From sequence record DRR723986_5249: a DNA stretch of 59,953 nucleotides; one strand, 5' to 3'. A model generated the notes under the pieces. That model saw only the letters and a program-made list of their open reading frames with translations, made no database searches and was not told the origin of the DNA. The position numbers and the translations under genes are program-made. The stretch's first letter is position 1, and the number at the start of each line of letters is the position of its first letter. Shown one piece after another: positions 8,201-17,600 of the stretch.

Positions 8201-10033
8201 CTACAGAGCAGGATCTTCAAACAGCCAGATCACATTGTTCTCGTGGTTGCCAGTGTCTTCGCCAATCAACACTCGTCCATCGTCCAAGATCACCAGATTG
8301 TCGGGGTTGGAGATGTTATTTGTGTTACAGCGGTTTGCTGCACGATCGCCGTAGTAGGGGCCGCCGACAAGCGCTGGGGTGAGGGTGTTGATGTCCACCA
8401 GGCCATCCTTTTCAACGAGCTTCATGCGGTAGACCACACCACACTTGCCGTGAGTGCCGTCTAGCTGAATGTCTCCAGCGTCGTCAGCCATAGTGGCGTC
8501 GAACGAAGACATGGCGAGGTACATGTAGGCTTGGGCACCATCTGCAGCGCCGTTATTCCACCATGTGTCGGCCAGGCCGAAGTTGATGTTGATGCCTTCC
8601 ATTTTGCGGAACTCAGCCGTTGCGCCCATTGCTGCAGCGAGTTTGCGGCTTTCAAGGAAGGCGACACGCTCGTCGGCAAAGGGGTTGGCAGCAACGCTAC
8701 CGCTGTTGTCGAGGTCTTGCCCTGACTTGAATTCTGCGAAGGCCTGAATTTGCGCATCGCTAATGTGCTTGGCGTCGGCAAACGTGCCGTCGAAGCTCGC
8801 AATGGCGTTTTCGATATCGGCCTCATTGCCAGCACCGATCTCAATCCACTCTACAGCAAAGGCAGCTTCCGCTGGGTCAGTGATGCCATTGGACTGGGTG
8901 ACTTTTGCGGCGTAGAGCTTGCCCGCGCTCATATCGTTAGCGGCGTTGGCCACAAACTTAAACAGCACTGTGCCGGTGCCATCGTCGCTGAGGAAGACGG
9001 TGCGGCGGTCTGGCATAACCACGGGGTTTTCGTGTGAGAAGCGCCCCATCAGCTCAAGTTTGTTCACTTCAACATCGGCAACATTGGCTGTTGCTGCAGT
9101 GTTGTTAGTGCCGATCTCGACAATGTAACCGTAGTCGTAAGGGTTGCCCCAGTTACCGCTGCGATCAAGCGGGTAGCCTTTGTATTCAGCAATCGCTTCG
9201 GCATTGGAGAAATAATTGGCATTGGCATTGAACCAGTCGGCTGTATTGTCAAAGTACAGTTCTTCTGCCGACAGTGGCGTGCCCCAGGGGCTTACGGTGC
9301 CAAAACAGTTAACCCAGGTGCCGTCGACACTGGAGAAGTCCAGCATACCTTCCTGGGTCGGGCTGTAGGTATCCGTTAAGCGAATACGGCTCATGCTGCC
9401 TGGGCGGTCTTCCCAGTTGGTATACAGGTAGTAGCCGGTGCCACCATCGGAGACGGCGCCGTTAAAGTCGGGGTCGTTAGAGCTTTTGATTAAACTGCCG
9501 TTAGCGCTGAGGATGTCACCCATTTTGTTGCCATCGGCGAGGTTGTCACCCTGCTGTGCCAACACAATGTAGCTGCCAGCGGCGCTTTGTACGGTTTCTT
9601 TTTGTGCCGTGGTGATGGGGAAGTCCAGAGCGGCGATATCGCCCATGTTGTTAACGTCGGCGTTAAAGTAGCCAACGGTACCTACGTTAAAGACCTTGCC
9701 AGCCGAATCGGTGGTTGTATTAGAGCTGCTTGGGTGCTGAATATTGGAGAACAGCTTGCCGTCTTCGTTAACGAATATCCCGGTAAACTCAGCGCCGAGC
9801 GGAGCGGTAGCAAACCGTTTGAGGCCTTTAGGTGTCACCGTAGAGACGCCATCAGCACCATCTTGACCGTCTGCGCCATTTGCACCATTGCTTCCATCTA
9901 CGCCCGCAGGACCTTGTGGGCCTACCGCGCCGTCTTGGCCATCGCTACCATTTCGTCCGTCATCGCCGCCGCAGGCTGACAATGTTGCAGCCAGAATAGC
10001 GGCAATGGAAGCGCTCAATAACTTCTTGTTCAT
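8201..10033 (-). CDS. phoX: PhoX-family (DUF839) Fe/Ca alkaline phosphatase; lipoprotein with a collagen-like linker
   Basis: PhoX motifs GAEFTG, NIQHP, NCFG..SPWGT.LS.EE, GRFSHEN, KMEG, NPDNL, GED. Lipobox LSA-C followed by a Gly-X-Y run. Confidence 0.88.
   Translation of the reverse strand: MNKKLLSASIAAILAATLSACGGDDGRNGSDGQDGAVGPQGPAGVDGSNGANGADGQDGADGVSTVTPKGLKRFATAPLGAEFTGIFVNEDGKLFSNIQHPSSSNTTTDSAGKVFNVGTVGYFNADVNNMGDIAALDFPITTAQKETVQSAAGSYIVLAQQGDNLADGNKMGDILSANGSLIKSSNDPDFNGAVSDGGTGYYLYTNWEDRPGSMSRIRLTDTYSPTQEGMLDFSSVDGTWVNCFGTVSPWGTPLSAEELYFDNTADWFNANANYFSNAEAIAEYKGYPLDRSGNWGNPYDYGYIVEIGTNNTAATANVADVEVNKLELMGRFSHENPVVMPDRRTVFLSDDGTGTVLFKFVANAANDMSAGKLYAAKVTQSNGITDPAEAAFAVEWIEIGAGNEADIENAIASFDGTFADAKHISDAQIQAFAEFKSGQDLDNSGSVAANPFADERVAFLESRKLAAAMGATAEFRKMEGININFGLADTWWNNGAADGAQAYMYLAMSSFDATMADDAGDIQLDGTHGKCGVVYRMKLVEKDGLVDINTLTPALVGGPYYGDRAANRCNTNNISNPDNLVILDDGRVLIGEDTGNHENNVIWLFEDPAL
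9845..9967 (-). repeat. Collagen-like (Gly-X-Y)n coding repeat in the PhoX N-terminus
   Basis: GDD GRN GSD GQD GAV GPQ GPA GVD GSN GAN GAD GQD GAD G: about 13 consecutive triplets after the lipidated Cys. Bounds approximate. Confidence 0.85.
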
Positions 10034-10081
10034 AACAGTTCCCTAGAAAGAGGTGGATTGGTCTAGTTATAACGGGGGGCC

Positions 10082-10148
10082 AGTCTAGGGACGGACTATG
10101 ACGGTTTAACAAAGAAAACATGTCGAAGTGTTGACGAATTTGTGACAA
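10082..10148 (-). promoter_or_regulatory. PhoB-dependent promoter: 11-bp-phased Pho-box half-sites plus -10 element
   Basis: - strand reads TTGTCAC aaat TCGTCAA cact TCGACAT gttt tctttgt taaa CCGTCAT, then 10 nt, then TAGACT. This is the canonical Pho-box to -10 spacing, upstream of phoX. Confidence 0.8.
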
Positions 10149-10165
10149 CCACCAGGCTGGCTGAG

Positions 10166-10291
10166 TGCGACATATTTGTGCGTTAGAACATTTTACGCTT
10201 CATTGGAGGGCGGTAGTGGCGGCAGATTCGATCGCCGCGGCCGGCGAGTAGCGTGAATTGGCGGTGGAAGTAGTGTTGGCATGGATTCTGT
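10166..10291 (+). promoter_or_regulatory. Putative NtrC enhancer pair and sigma54 promoter for the guanidine operon
   Basis: TGCGACAtatTTGTGCG (10166-10182) and CGCTTCAttgGAGGGCG (10196-10212) are GC-N11-GC NtrC-like sites 30 bp apart. TGGCAT-N5-CTGT at 10277-10291 has a good -24 and an imperfect -12. Confidence 0.45.
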
Positions 10292-10354
10292 ATAGAACAC
10301 GGTGTCCGCACTCTTGGTATCGCAGGACATGCTGTCAAAGCATCACAATTTGGT

Positions 10355-10480
10355 AATGGAGAGCTAGGGTTCCGGTTGTGCACCTTGCACAACGTCTGGT
10401 CCGAGAGCTTTCGACCTCTTCCCCCATCGATTGGATTCGCCACGGGATAGGTTACACGGCGGGACAAAAGCCCGGGAGAC
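10355..10480 (+). ncRNA. Guanidine-I riboswitch (ykkC-yxkD)
   Basis: GCTAGGGTTCCGG...CTGGTCCGAGAGC...GGTTACACGGCGGGACAAAAGCCCGGGAG are the hallmark conserved segments. Sits in the leader of a guanidine carboxylase operon. Confidence 0.95.
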
Positions 10481-10540
10481 GATCGGCAGCCAGTTGCCAG
10501 GAGTGCTCTATTTACCGCGTAACGATGCCGGAGGCAGGCA

Positions 10541-11581
10541 ATGAAACGAATAGCCGCATTACTACTTACTCTCTCATGTTCCTCTTTTAGTCTCGCTTCA
10601 GACAGCTTCAAAGTATGTTGGTCAATTTATGTTGGCTGGATGCCGTGGGGCTATGGTGACGAGCAAAAAATCGTCGATAAATGGGCGAAGAAATACGGCA
10701 TTGAGATTGATGTCGTTCAGATCAACGACTACATCGAGTCAATAAACCAATACACCACCGGCGAGTTTGACGCCTGCACCATGACGAACATGGATGCGCT
10801 GACAATTCCCGCTGCCGGCGGTGTGGACAGTACCGCGCTAATTGTCGGCGATTTTTCTAATGGCAATGACGGGCTGGTACTTAAAAACACCGACTCACTT
10901 CAGGCTGTGAAGGGACAGCAAGTGAATTTAGTTGAGTTGAGTGTTTCCCACTATTTGCTGGCGCGAGCACTGGATAGCGTCGGCATGAGCGAATCTGACG
11001 TTACCGTTGTGAATACCTCCGACGCCGATATGGTCGCTATCTACCCAACAGCGGGGGTAAGTTCTGTGGTGACCTGGAACCCATTACTCAGTGAAATTCT
11101 CACCATGCCCGGCGCAAACAAGGTGTTCGACTCCTCTCAAATACCCGGCGAAATTATCGACCTGCTCGTGGTGAACACCGAGGTATTAAAGAAAAACCCT
11201 GCCCTGGGTAAGGCGTTAGTTGGCGCCTGGTATGAAATCATGGCGATCATGAGCGCCCCAGGAAAGGCGGGCCTCGCTGGTCGCACGGCGATGGCAATTG
11301 CGTCGGGGACGGACACCGCCGGCTACGAAGCGCAGCTGGCCAGTACGAAAATGTTTTACACGCCCAGCGACGCGGTCGCTTTCACCCGCAGCAGTGACCT
11401 GAAGTCAACCATGCAGAGTGTGGCTGAATTCTCGTTTAACCACGGTTTGCTGGGTGACGGCGCTCCCGACGCCGGTTTCATCGGTATCGAAACGCCTGTC
11501 GGTGTCTATGGAAATCCGGCAAACATCAAACTGCGTTTTAACCCCAGCTATATGCAAATGGCGGCTGACGGCAAATTGTAA
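10541..11581 (+). CDS. ABC transporter substrate-binding protein, urea-carboxylase-associated family (probable guanidine binding)
   Basis: Signal peptide. WSIYVGWMPW, DYIESINQY, TNMDAL, GDFSNGNDG, ELSVSHYLL, IPGEIID. First gene after the guanidine-I riboswitch. Confidence 0.9.
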   Translation: MKRIAALLLTLSCSSFSLASDSFKVCWSIYVGWMPWGYGDEQKIVDKWAKKYGIEIDVVQINDYIESINQYTTGEFDACTMTNMDALTIPAAGGVDSTALIVGDFSNGNDGLVLKNTDSLQAVKGQQVNLVELSVSHYLLARALDSVGMSESDVTVVNTSDADMVAIYPTAGVSSVVTWNPLLSEILTMPGANKVFDSSQIPGEIIDLLVVNTEVLKKNPALGKALVGAWYEIMAIMSAPGKAGLAGRTAMAIASGTDTAGYEAQLASTKMFYTPSDAVAFTRSSDLKSTMQSVAEFSFNHGLLGDGAPDAGFIGIETPVGVYGNPANIKLRFNPSYMQMAADGKL

Positions 11582-11591
11582 ACCGTGCCCG

Positions 11592-11611
11592 AGGGTGGCG
11601 CCTGCCACCCT
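11592..11611 (+). other. Intercistronic hairpin after the SBP gene (mRNA stabiliser or weak terminator)
   Basis: AGGGTGGC-gcct-GCCACCCT perfect 8-bp stem between the SBP and permease genes. Confidence 0.55.
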
Positions 11612-11639
11612 AACCATTTTTCTCAGCTGGGATGCTTCT

Positions 11640-12455
11640 ATGAAACGATTGATTAATCAGCAGCCGACGCGGGTATGGGGCATTGCCTTGTCATTACTGC
11701 CCTTTGTATTCCTGCTGGTGCTTTACGTCACGGCCTCTGATGCACGCTTGGCGGAAAACCCCCAAGACAAGCTTTTACCCAGTTTCTCTCAGATGGGCGA
11801 AGCGATGCAGCGCTTAGCGTTTGAGCCGAGTAAGCGCACGGGGCAGTACCTGTTTTGGCAGGACACTCTCAGCAGTTTGCAGCGCCTGGGTTTGGGTATG
11901 GCAATTGCCGCTTGCTTGGGGATGTTGCTCGGTTTGAGTACCGGCGCCTTTCCTGTGGCCTATTCCGGTGTTGCGCCACTGCTGACGGTGGCATCACTGA
12001 TACCGCCAATGGCGATTTTGCCGATACTGTTTATTGTCTTTGGTTTGGGGGAGGTGTCTAAGGTCGCGCTTATTGCTATTGGCGTAACGCCCTTCGTCGC
12101 GCGCGATATCCAAAAGCGCTGTCTGGAAATTCCCCGGGAACAGCTGGTAAAAGCGCAAACACTGGGTGCCAATAGTGGGCAAATAGTCTTGCGGGTGCTG
12201 ATCCCCCAATTGATGCCTCGGCTAATTGATTCCTTGCGACTGTCGTTGGGGAGCGCGTGGTTGTTCCTTATCGCCGCAGAAGCAATCGCTTCTACCGATG
12301 GCCTCGGGTATCGGGTGTTTCTTGTTCGTCGTTACCTGTCGATGGATGTGATTCTGCCCTATGTTGCCTGGATCGCGTTGCTGGCATTTGTTATCGACTT
12401 TGCGCTGCGCAAGCTGAGTTTGTGGGCCTTTCCCTGGCAGGAGAATCGCTCATGA
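11640..12455 (+). CDS. ABC transporter permease (NitT/TauT family)
   Basis: ATG 11640 (MKRLINQQ). Multiple TM segments, EAA-like loop KAQTLGA, WLFLIAAEAIASTDGLGY. Confidence 0.9.
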   Translation: MKRLINQQPTRVWGIALSLLPFVFLLVLYVTASDARLAENPQDKLLPSFSQMGEAMQRLAFEPSKRTGQYLFWQDTLSSLQRLGLGMAIAACLGMLLGLSTGAFPVAYSGVAPLLTVASLIPPMAILPILFIVFGLGEVSKVALIAIGVTPFVARDIQKRCLEIPREQLVKAQTLGANSGQIVLRVLIPQLMPRLIDSLRLSLGSAWLFLIAAEAIASTDGLGYRVFLVRRYLSMDVILPYVAWIALLAFVIDFALRKLSLWAFPWQENRS

Positions 12456-13228
12456 TCGAGATTCGCAATGTATGGAAGCGCTACGGCGACAACGTCATTC
12501 TGGAAAATATTTCTGCCACGGTTGCTGAAGGGGAATTTATCACTTTGGTCGGGACCTCGGGCTGTGGCAAGAGTACCTTCCTGCGCATGTTGTTGGGCAC
12601 TGATGTGCCCAACCAGGGTGAGATTCTGCTGGACGGCAAAACCATTGCTGATGAGCCCGATGCGGAGCGCGGAGTGGTCTTTCAGCAGTACTCGGTGTTT
12701 CCCCATATGACCGTGTTGGAGAACGTCATTATCGCCCGTGCGTTTGAGAAGACCCGCCTGGGCTTTCTCTGGGGCAAGCGTAAGCGCGCTGCCCGCGAGG
12801 AAGCGATGGCAATGCTGGAAACGGTGGGGCTGTCACATATGGCGGCACGTTACCCGGATGAACTCTCCGGCGGTATGCGCCAGCGACTGGCGATTGCTCA
12901 GGCGTTGATTCTAAAACCTCGGATCTTATTGCTGGATGAGCCTTTCGGAGCGCTCGATCCCGGCATTCGTGCCGACATGCACGCGCTTGTGCTGTCGCTG
13001 TGGCGCCAGCACAAGCTCACCGTGTTCATGGTGACCCACGATCTGGCCGAGGGTTTTCATCTGGGAACCCGTCTGTGGGTGTTCGACAAGTTACGTCTCG
13101 ACCCGCAAGCGCCCAATCGTTTCGGTGCAGGTATTACCTACGACCTACCCGTTGGGCAGTGCGAGCCTGAATTACTGCAAGAAATTGACAGTGGCCTGAG
13201 CAGCTCAGGCCAGGAGTTAGTCTCATGA
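12452..13228 (+). CDS. ABC transporter ATP-binding protein (NitT/TauT family)
   Basis: ATGA overlap at 12452. Walker A GTSGCGKS, signature LSGGMRQR, Walker B LLLDEPF, H-loop VTHD. Confidence 0.93.
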   Translation: MIEIRNVWKRYGDNVILENISATVAEGEFITLVGTSGCGKSTFLRMLLGTDVPNQGEILLDGKTIADEPDAERGVVFQQYSVFPHMTVLENVIIARAFEKTRLGFLWGKRKRAAREEAMAMLETVGLSHMAARYPDELSGGMRQRLAIAQALILKPRILLLDEPFGALDPGIRADMHALVLSLWRQHKLTVFMVTHDLAEGFHLGTRLWVFDKLRLDPQAPNRFGAGITYDLPVGQCEPELLQEIDSGLSSSGQELVS

Positions 13229-13935
13229 ATCATTATGAAACCACTATCGCGCCAGGCGGCCACTGGTCGCTGGAGCTGCGTCGCGGCACCTTGCTGCGGC
13301 TGCAGGATATCGACGGCAATGGTAATGCCGGGCTGTTGTTTTATAACCCGCGCAACCTGCTCGAGCGCTACAACGCGCCGGACACGCTCAAGTGTCAGCA
13401 CACCTTCAAACTGACTCGTGGCAACTGTCTGTACTCGGATATGGGGCGCATTTTTGCCTCGATCGTTGACGATGATCTGGGCTGGCACGACACCGTGTGT
13501 GGCAATAGCCACGCCAGCCATATTGATGCGCGCTGGGGCCGTCGCGATTACCAACACGACCGCAACGACTGGCATCAGAATGGTCACGACGCCTTTCTGG
13601 TTGAGCTGGCGAAATACGGTCTTGGCGCCGCGGACATGGCCGCCAACATCAATGTCTTCAGTAAGGTGGAAACTGACGACGAGGGCAATCTGCACTTGGC
13701 CACCGACCACAGTGCGCCGGGCAGCACCTTGACTCTGCGCATCGAGATGGATTGCCTGGTGTTGATTCACGCCTGTCCTCACCCGCTGAACACTGCTGCC
13801 GACTACCCGCGCTGCCGCATTGGTGTGGAATTGAGCGTGGCCGAGCCGATGACTGAGGACGATATCTGCCTTAATCACTGCGACGAAAACCGTCGCGGCT
13901 TTGCCAACAACGCACTGTATTACCTGGGCGCCTGA
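13225..13935 (+). CDS. cgdA: Carboxyguanidine deiminase subunit A (DUF1989, urea carboxylase-associated protein)
   Basis: [41 protein letters not shown]. First of the paired DUF1989 genes before the carboxylase. Confidence 0.87.
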   Translation: MNHYETTIAPGGHWSLELRRGTLLRLQDIDGNGNAGLLFYNPRNLLERYNAPDTLKCQHTFKLTRGNCLYSDMGRIFASIVDDDLGWHDTVCGNSHASHIDARWGRRDYQHDRNDWHQNGHDAFLVELAKYGLGAADMAANINVFSKVETDDEGNLHLATDHSAPGSTLTLRIEMDCLVLIHACPHPLNTAADYPRCRIGVELSVAEPMTEDDICLNHCDENRRGFANNALYYLGA

Positions 13936-13945
13936 GGAGAGAAAC

Positions 13946-14587
13946 ATGATTAAACACAGTGAACGCCTCGCCGCTACCGCGCTGCGCCGCGAGCAGATCG
14001 ACGCCGGGGATTACTACATTGCGAAACTGGGCGCCGGCGAAGTACTGCGCATCCTCGATTTAGAGGGGAATCAGGCGGCGGATACGCTGTTCTTCTGCGC
14101 CGATGATCCCGCGGAGCGCTACAGCGCCACCGACACCATTCGCGAACAGGGCAATGTCTATCTGAGCGCCGGTTCGGTGCTACGCAGTACACTGAATCGC
14201 CCGATGCTGGAAATGGTGGCCGATACCTGTGGTCGTCACGACACCCTGGGTGGTGCCTGCGCCACCGAAAGCAATACCGTGCGTTACGACCTGGAAAAGC
14301 GCTGTATGCACGCCTGTCGCGACAGTTGGATGCTCGCTATTACCGAGCACCCCGAGTACGGGCTGTCCAAGCGCGATATCGGCCACAACATCAACTTTTT
14401 TATGAACGTACCGGTCACGGCCAATGGCGAACTGAGCTTTGCCGACGGCATTTCCGGCGCGGGGAAATATGTGGAACTGAAAGCGCTGGTCGACACCATT
14501 GTGCTCATTTCCAATTGCCCGCAGCTCAACAACCCCTGCAATGCCTACAACCCGACCCCGGTCGAGTGCCTGATCTGGGCGGCCTGA
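13946..14587 (+). CDS. cgdB: Carboxyguanidine deiminase subunit B (DUF1989)
   Basis: GAGGAG RBS and ATG 13946. [52 protein letters not shown]. Confidence 0.88.
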   Translation: MIKHSERLAATALRREQIDAGDYYIAKLGAGEVLRILDLEGNQAADTLFFCADDPAERYSATDTIREQGNVYLSAGSVLRSTLNRPMLEMVADTCGRHDTLGGACATESNTVRYDLEKRCMHACRDSWMLAITEHPEYGLSKRDIGHNINFFMNVPVTANGELSFADGISGAGKYVELKALVDTIVLISNCPQLNNPCNAYNPTPVECLIWAA

Positions 14588-14602
14588 TTAACAAGCGATC
14601 CA

Positions 14603-14651
14603 ACGACTTCAGTGGACGGCCACTGTCGTAGACACAAGCGGGACGGCCCGC
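14603..14651 (+). ncRNA. Guanidine-II riboswitch (mini-ykkC), internal to the operon
   Basis: Two GC hairpins each capped by an ACGG (ACGR) tetraloop: CAGTGG-ACGG-CCACTG (14610-14625) and GCGGG-ACGG-CCCGC (14638-14651). 12-nt linker; ends 11 nt before the carboxylase ATG. Confidence 0.88.
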
Positions 14652-14662
14652 AACGGACCAGC

Positions 14663-17600
14663 ATGTTCAAGAAAGTATTGATTGCCAACCGCGGTGCCAT
14701 CGCCACCCGCATTATTCGCAGCTTGCGCGAAATGGGCATCACTTCCGTGGCGGTCTACGCCGACGTCGATGCCCGTAGTCTGCATGTGCGTCAGGCCGAT
14801 GAAGCCTACAGCCTCGGCGAGGGCGGTGCAGCCGACACCTATCTCAACAGCGACAAAGTCTTGGAAATTGCCCGCGCCTGTGGCGCCGAGGCCATCCACC
14901 CCGGCTACGGTTTCCTCAGCGAAAACGCGGCTTTCGTCACTGCCTGCGAGGCGGCGGGGATCGTCTTTATCGGCCCCACTGCGGAGCAGATGCAAAGCTT
15001 TGGCTTGAAACACCGCGCGCGGGAGATTGCTGCGGCCGCGGGCGTGCCCCTGCCGCCGGGCTCGGGCTTGCTGGCGGATGTGGATACCGCCTGTGCCGAG
15101 GCCGCGAATATTGGCTACCCGGTCATGCTCAAAAGCACCGCCGGGGGAGGCGGTATCGGCATGCAGGTTTGCGATTCAGAGGCGGTGCTGCGCGAGGCCT
15201 TTAACAAGGTCAAGCAACTGGGTAAGAACAACTTTGCCGACGACGGCGTGTTTCTGGAGAAGTACATTGCCCGCGCCCGGCATATTGAAGTGCAAGCCTT
15301 TGGCGACGGGAAGGGCGGTGTGCTGGCCATCGGCGAGCGCGATTGCAGCGCCCAGCGCCGCAACCAAAAAGTGATTGAAGAGTGCCCGGCGCCGAATTTG
15401 CCCGAGCCAGTGCGTCAGCGGCTTTACACGCTGGCCGAGGCGCTGCTGTCCAGTGTGAACTACCGCAATGCCGCGACGGTGGAGTACATTTTTGATGCCG
15501 ATACCGAGGAGTGCTACTTCCTTGAAGTGAACACCCGCTTACAAGTAGAGCACGGCGTCACCGAGATGGTCTGGTCGGTGGACCTGGTGCAGTGGATGTT
15601 GCAGCAGGCGGCGGGGGAACTGCCGCCACTGGATGCGCTGCGTCAGGGGCTGTCTGCCAGCGGGCACGCGATTCAGTTGCGAGTGTATGCCGAAGATCCC
15701 TACCGGGATTTTCAGCCCTGTGCGGGGTTGCTCAGTCATGTGGCATTTCCCCAGCCGGGTGAAGCGCTGCCGGGCCTGCGGATTGAACACTGGCTGGAAA
15801 GCGGCATTGAGGTGTCACCGTACTTCGATCCGATGCTGGCAAAAATCCTTTACCGAGGGGAGGACCGCGACGCCGCGATTCAGGGTTTGCGGGAGACGCT
15901 GGATCAGACGCAGTTGTACGGCATTGAAAGCAACGGTGCCTATCTGCGTTACTTGCTGGATGACGCCGTGGTGGCGAAGGGCGACGTCACAACCCGCTAT
16001 CTTGCACAGGTAACTTGGCAACCTGCGCGTATCGATGTGCTGCAGGGCGGTACCCAGACCACCATTCAGGATTTCCCTGGTCGCAGCGGTTACTGGGATG
16101 TGGGCGTGCCGCCCTCGGGGCCTTTCGACAATTATTCCTTCCGCCTCGCCAATGCGATGCTAGGCAACACGCCTGACGCGGCGGCACTGGAAGTCACCCT
16201 GCAGGGGCCGACCCTGCAATTCAGTGCACCGACCCGCATTGTGGTGGCGGGGGCGGCTATTCCACTAAGTCTGGATGGCGAGCCCGTGGCGATGCACACG
16301 CCGGTGGAGGTGGCCGCTGGGCAGACTCTGATCATGGGGCGTATCGAGCGCGGCGCGCGGGCGTATCTGGCCGTTGCAGGTGGCCTCGATTGCCCCGAGT
16401 ACCTCGGCTCGCGCTCCACCTTTACCCTCGGCCAGTTCGGCGGTCATAACGGTCGCGCGCTGCGCACCGGTGATGTGTTGGCGCTGGCGCAGAGCGCATC
16501 CACTGGGCCGGCGCTGAGCCCGGATCAGGCCGCCCTGCCGGACATCGGCTCGCAGTGGTCGCTGCGGGTGATTTATGGCCCCCACGGCGCGCCAGACTTT
16601 TTTACCGACGACGATATCCAGCAGTTCTTCAGCACCGACTGGGAAGTGCATTACAACTCCAGCCGCACCGGCGTGCGCCTGATCGGCCCCAAACCGCAGT
16701 GGGCACGCCAGAGTGGCGGCGAAGCGGGCATGCATCCGTCCAATATTCATGACAACGCCTACGCCTTTGGCACGGTGGATTTCACCGGCGATATGCCGGT
16801 GATTCTCGGCCCGGACGGCCCTTCACTAGGCGGCTTTGTCTGTCCCGCCACGGTGATTACCGCCGACCTGTGGAAACTCGGCCAGTTGCGCGCCGGGGAC
16901 ACGTTGCGCTTTGTGCCGGTAAGCGTTGACGCGGCGGTGGCGGCTGAGCGCTGCCAGAAGGCCTTTTTCGCCGGTGATGAGTTTGGCGATAACACCGCCG
17001 CTGCCGAATCCGCGGCGCCGGTCTCTGTCGAGGCTCTGCCGTCGCCCATCGTTCAACGTCTCAGTGCGGACGAGGTAGGCGATGAGGTGGTTTATCGCCT
17101 GGCGGGCGATCACTTCCTGCTGGTGGAATACGGCCCGCTGGAGCTGGATATTCGCCTGCGCTTTCGCGCCCATGCTTTGATGCAGGATTTGCAGCAGACA
17201 CCATTGCCGGGGCTGCGTGAACTCACGCCGGGCATTCGCTCACTACAACTGCATTATGACGCGCAGCAATTACCGCTGCGTGAGCTGCTGGACGAGCTGG
17301 CGCGCCGCGAACGGCGTTTATCGCAGCGCTTGGATTCCCTGCACGTGCCATCGCGCACGGTGTGGCTACCGCTGAGCTGGGACGACGAGGCCTGCCAGTT
17401 GGCAGTGGATAAATACCAGCAGTCAGTGCGTGCCAATGCGCCCTGGTGCCCGAGTAATCTGGAATTTATCCGCCGCATCAACGGCCTCGACAGCATTGCC
17501 GAGGTGAAAAAGATTGTCTTCGACGCCGCCTATCTGGTGATGGGCCTGGGCGACGTGTATCTGGGGGCGCCGGTCGCCACGCCAGTCGATCCGCGTCACC

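Noticed and set aside
14612-14662. N-terminal extension of the carboxylase in the ORF track
   Set aside because: It overlaps the guanidine-II hairpins, and the family N-terminus (MFKKVLIANRG) starts at 14663.
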